Shown here one piece after another: positions 58,050-59,660 of a stretch of DNA of 59,660 nt. The notes beneath the pieces were generated by a model. The model did not search any database and was not told the DNA's origin. It saw only the letters and a program-made list of their open reading frames with translations. The position numbers and the translations under genes were made by a program. How positions within the stretch are numbered: the first letter of the stretch is position 1; each line of letters opens with the position of its first letter. The stretch comes from Clostridia bacterium (GTDB lineage: Bacteria > Bacillota > Clostridia > Oscillospirales > CAG-272), in contig JAFWTH010000050.1 of the NCBI GenBank assembly GCA_017518975.1, positions 1 to 59,660 of the forward strand. Direction: 5' to 3'.

Positions 58050-59156
58050 TTACCGTTTTGCTTTACGGATCGCGTCTGCCTCGGCTTTGAAAACTCCCTT
58101 CTTCATCGAGAGCAAGACACGGTAAAATGGAAGGACGGGAAGAAGTATTTTGTTTTTGTAAAAGAACGGGTACGATGCGGCAAAAGCGACGTACCGACCG
58201 TTTTTTTTGCTGAACGGAACGGAAAAACGGCTTATCATATACCCAAACTTAGTCTGGTTTTTCTTTTTGAGAGTATTCCTGACGCGGTTGTCCACGGTCC
58301 CGTAGGTGCCGGACGAAACGATATAGTCGAGCATTTCCCGGTCGTTTTCCGTAATTTTTCCGTCCCCGAAGAGATGCAGCGCCAGAGAGCGGTTCTTTTC
58401 TTCGAATTCGCCGATCCCGAGTTTTTCCGTCTCAGCGACGACGTAATCGCGGTCGAGACAGGCGTTGCGGAGCAGAACGTATGTGTCGAGAAGAGAACGA
58501 ATTCCCGTTCCGGCGTTTGAAAAGTGTTTGTATTCGTGTGCGATGAAATAAACATAGAAATCTTCCGGAGTGAACCGTTTTTCGCACCCATCCCCGACAA
58601 GCCGGTCGAAAACCGAGGAATAGTATTCGCGGAAAGCCTCGTCGTGTTCGGATCCGAAGAGGGCGGTATGGATCTCAAAATTGAGCAGAGGGCGCCTGTA
58701 GTATACGTCCTGATTGCTGACTCCGAACGATTTGGTTTCAAATCCGAGGGATTCCATGATCGTCTTGACGTCGTCGGCCCGAGACGGATCGATCAGCACG
58801 TCATAATCTGCGAATTCCCGCATTCCGTACTTTGGATATAGGTGTTTCAGAACGGCGCCCTTAAGAGGCATAAACCGGATATTATTTTCCTCGAGTTTCG
58901 TTTTCAGTTCGGAGAGAGCAGCGTCAAAAATCGTGTTTTTCCTCACGGACGACATGATTGCCGCTGAGGTCTTTTCGTTCCCGAGACCTGCGCTTTCAAG
59001 TGAGACGGAGACGATTGCCGATATCATATGACGCGACGAGACGGCAATAACTTTGTCCCGATCGATCTGCTCCGCGTACGTTTTGTCAGGCGAGACGCCG
59101 TTTATCGCCGCGCGGCACAGGAATATCATATCGTCAACGGTCTGTGAATGATCCAT
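58050..59156 (-). CDS. Uncharacterised nucleotidyltransferase family protein (NTP_transf_5-like)
   Basis: 368 aa. FMPLKGAVLKHLYP...REFADYDVLIDP is the family pattern. GC content is lower than the flanks. Confidence 0.65.
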   Translation of the reverse strand: MDHSQTVDDMIFLCRAAINGVSPDKTYAEQIDRDKVIAVSSRHMISAIVSVSLESAGLGNEKTSAAIMSSVRKNTIFDAALSELKTKLEENNIRFMPLKGAVLKHLYPKYGMREFADYDVLIDPSRADDVKTIMESLGFETKSFGVSNQDVYYRRPLLNFEIHTALFGSEHDEAFREYYSSVFDRLVGDGCEKRFTPEDFYVYFIAHEYKHFSNAGTGIRSLLDTYVLLRNACLDRDYVVAETEKLGIGEFEEKNRSLALHLFGDGKITENDREMLDYIVSSGTYGTVDNRVRNTLKKKNQTKFGYMISRFSVPFSKKNGRYVAFAASYPFFYKNKILLPVLPFYRVLLSMKKGVFKAEADAIRKAKR

Positions 59157-59391
59157 AATTCTCTCCTAAGAATTGTTTCTTGTCTTCGCGGAATATGTTT
59201 TGCCGTGCAGTTTTTTCTACATTTCTATTCTACAATAAACGGACTTTTTTTGTCAATGGGATGAAAGGGAGAAGATTCTTATCCGCAGAGACAAGATGCG
59301 GGACGGTCGTCGCGAATGTCTGAACCGCGGTTTTTTATCACAAAAAAAGGGAGCGCCGTTTTCCGTGAGATTAAAGAAATTTCCGCAGGGG

Positions 59392-59420
59392 TTGATTTTC
59401 CGCGCCCTTTGTGATAAAAT
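59392..59420 (+). promoter_or_regulatory. Promoter of tRNA-Val
   Basis: TTGATT (59392), 17 nt, TAAAAT (59415). Confidence 0.6.
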
Positions 59421-59447
59421 ATATCCCGTCCTTGAAAAAGAATACGC

Positions 59448-59521
59448 GGAGGCGTAGCTCAGCTGGTCAGAGCGTTCGGTTCACATCCGAGAGGTCATGG
59501 GTTCGAGCCCCCTCGTCTCCA
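59448..59521 (+). tRNA. tRNA-Val (CAC)
   Basis: Acceptor GGAGGCG/CGTCTCC. Anticodon stem TTCGG/CCGAG, loop TTCACAT. No encoded CCA. Confidence 0.88.
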
Positions 59522-59525
59522 AAAA

Positions 59526-59560
59526 CGAGAGATGTCGCAACGCGACATCTCTCGTTTTTT
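59526..59560 (+). terminator. Intrinsic terminator
   Basis: cgagagatgtcgc-aac-gcgacatctctcg + T6. Confidence 0.85.
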
Positions 59561-59660
59561 CGAGGGGGCTCGAAGGGCCCCGGTAGTGAATGACAGCCCG
59601 GGGGGCTGTCAGAGCAGGGGCTGACCGAGCCCGCAGGCGAGACTCGAGCCCTCCCGCGTC
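59561..59660. repeat. Intergenic repeat family 2 copy
   Basis: 59582-59645 matches 5209-5275 (ggtagtgaatgacagcccggggggctgtcagagc...ctgaccga.cccgcagg). Runs to the window edge. Confidence 0.7.

Overview
This is a 59.7-kb chromosomal window from a roughly 57-60 % GC Firmicutes/Clostridia-type genome, judged from SLH-anchored wall proteins, a T-box leader, a DUF4367 anti-sigma factor and LytTR signalling. It covers the replication and segregation core. gyrA-gyrB-remB-dnaN-dnaA lie on the minus strand at 7.5-15.6 kb. About 30 kb away lie parB, parA, a truncated ParB paralogue and a perfect parS (44.8-47.5 kb). Between them is an accessory block: an ECF sigma/anti-sigma pair, four SLH-anchored proteins, a secreted protein, two type II TA modules (one toxin broken by a 20-nt palindrome), a LytTR two-component system, a heterodimeric ABC exporter and a 1073-aa SLH-anchored C1 peptidase. 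Housekeeping genes include carB, pyk, valS with a T-box, a P-type ATPase and four tRNAs. The points most worth a second look follow. (1) Two paralogous structured RNA elements, each with its own promoter and a shared terminator module, sit next to an AMP-ligase gene and the ABC exporter. (2) A ~35 % GC single-gene AMP-ligase islet is bracketed by inverted hairpin-array repeats. (3) An unusual intergenic repeat consists of tandem variable GC hairpins joined by a locus-specific 7-8-mer ending in TCAT, always oriented with the upstream gene. (4) The anti-sigma sensor domain is recently duplicated onto two SLH wall proteins. (5) The dnaA-dnaN module is AT-rich and lacks recF, and GTTTTCAAC box clusters occur both at dnaA and next to the par locus. 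No transposase, phage gene, CRISPR array or rRNA was seen. All functional calls rest on motif and family recognition by eye; no database search was run.
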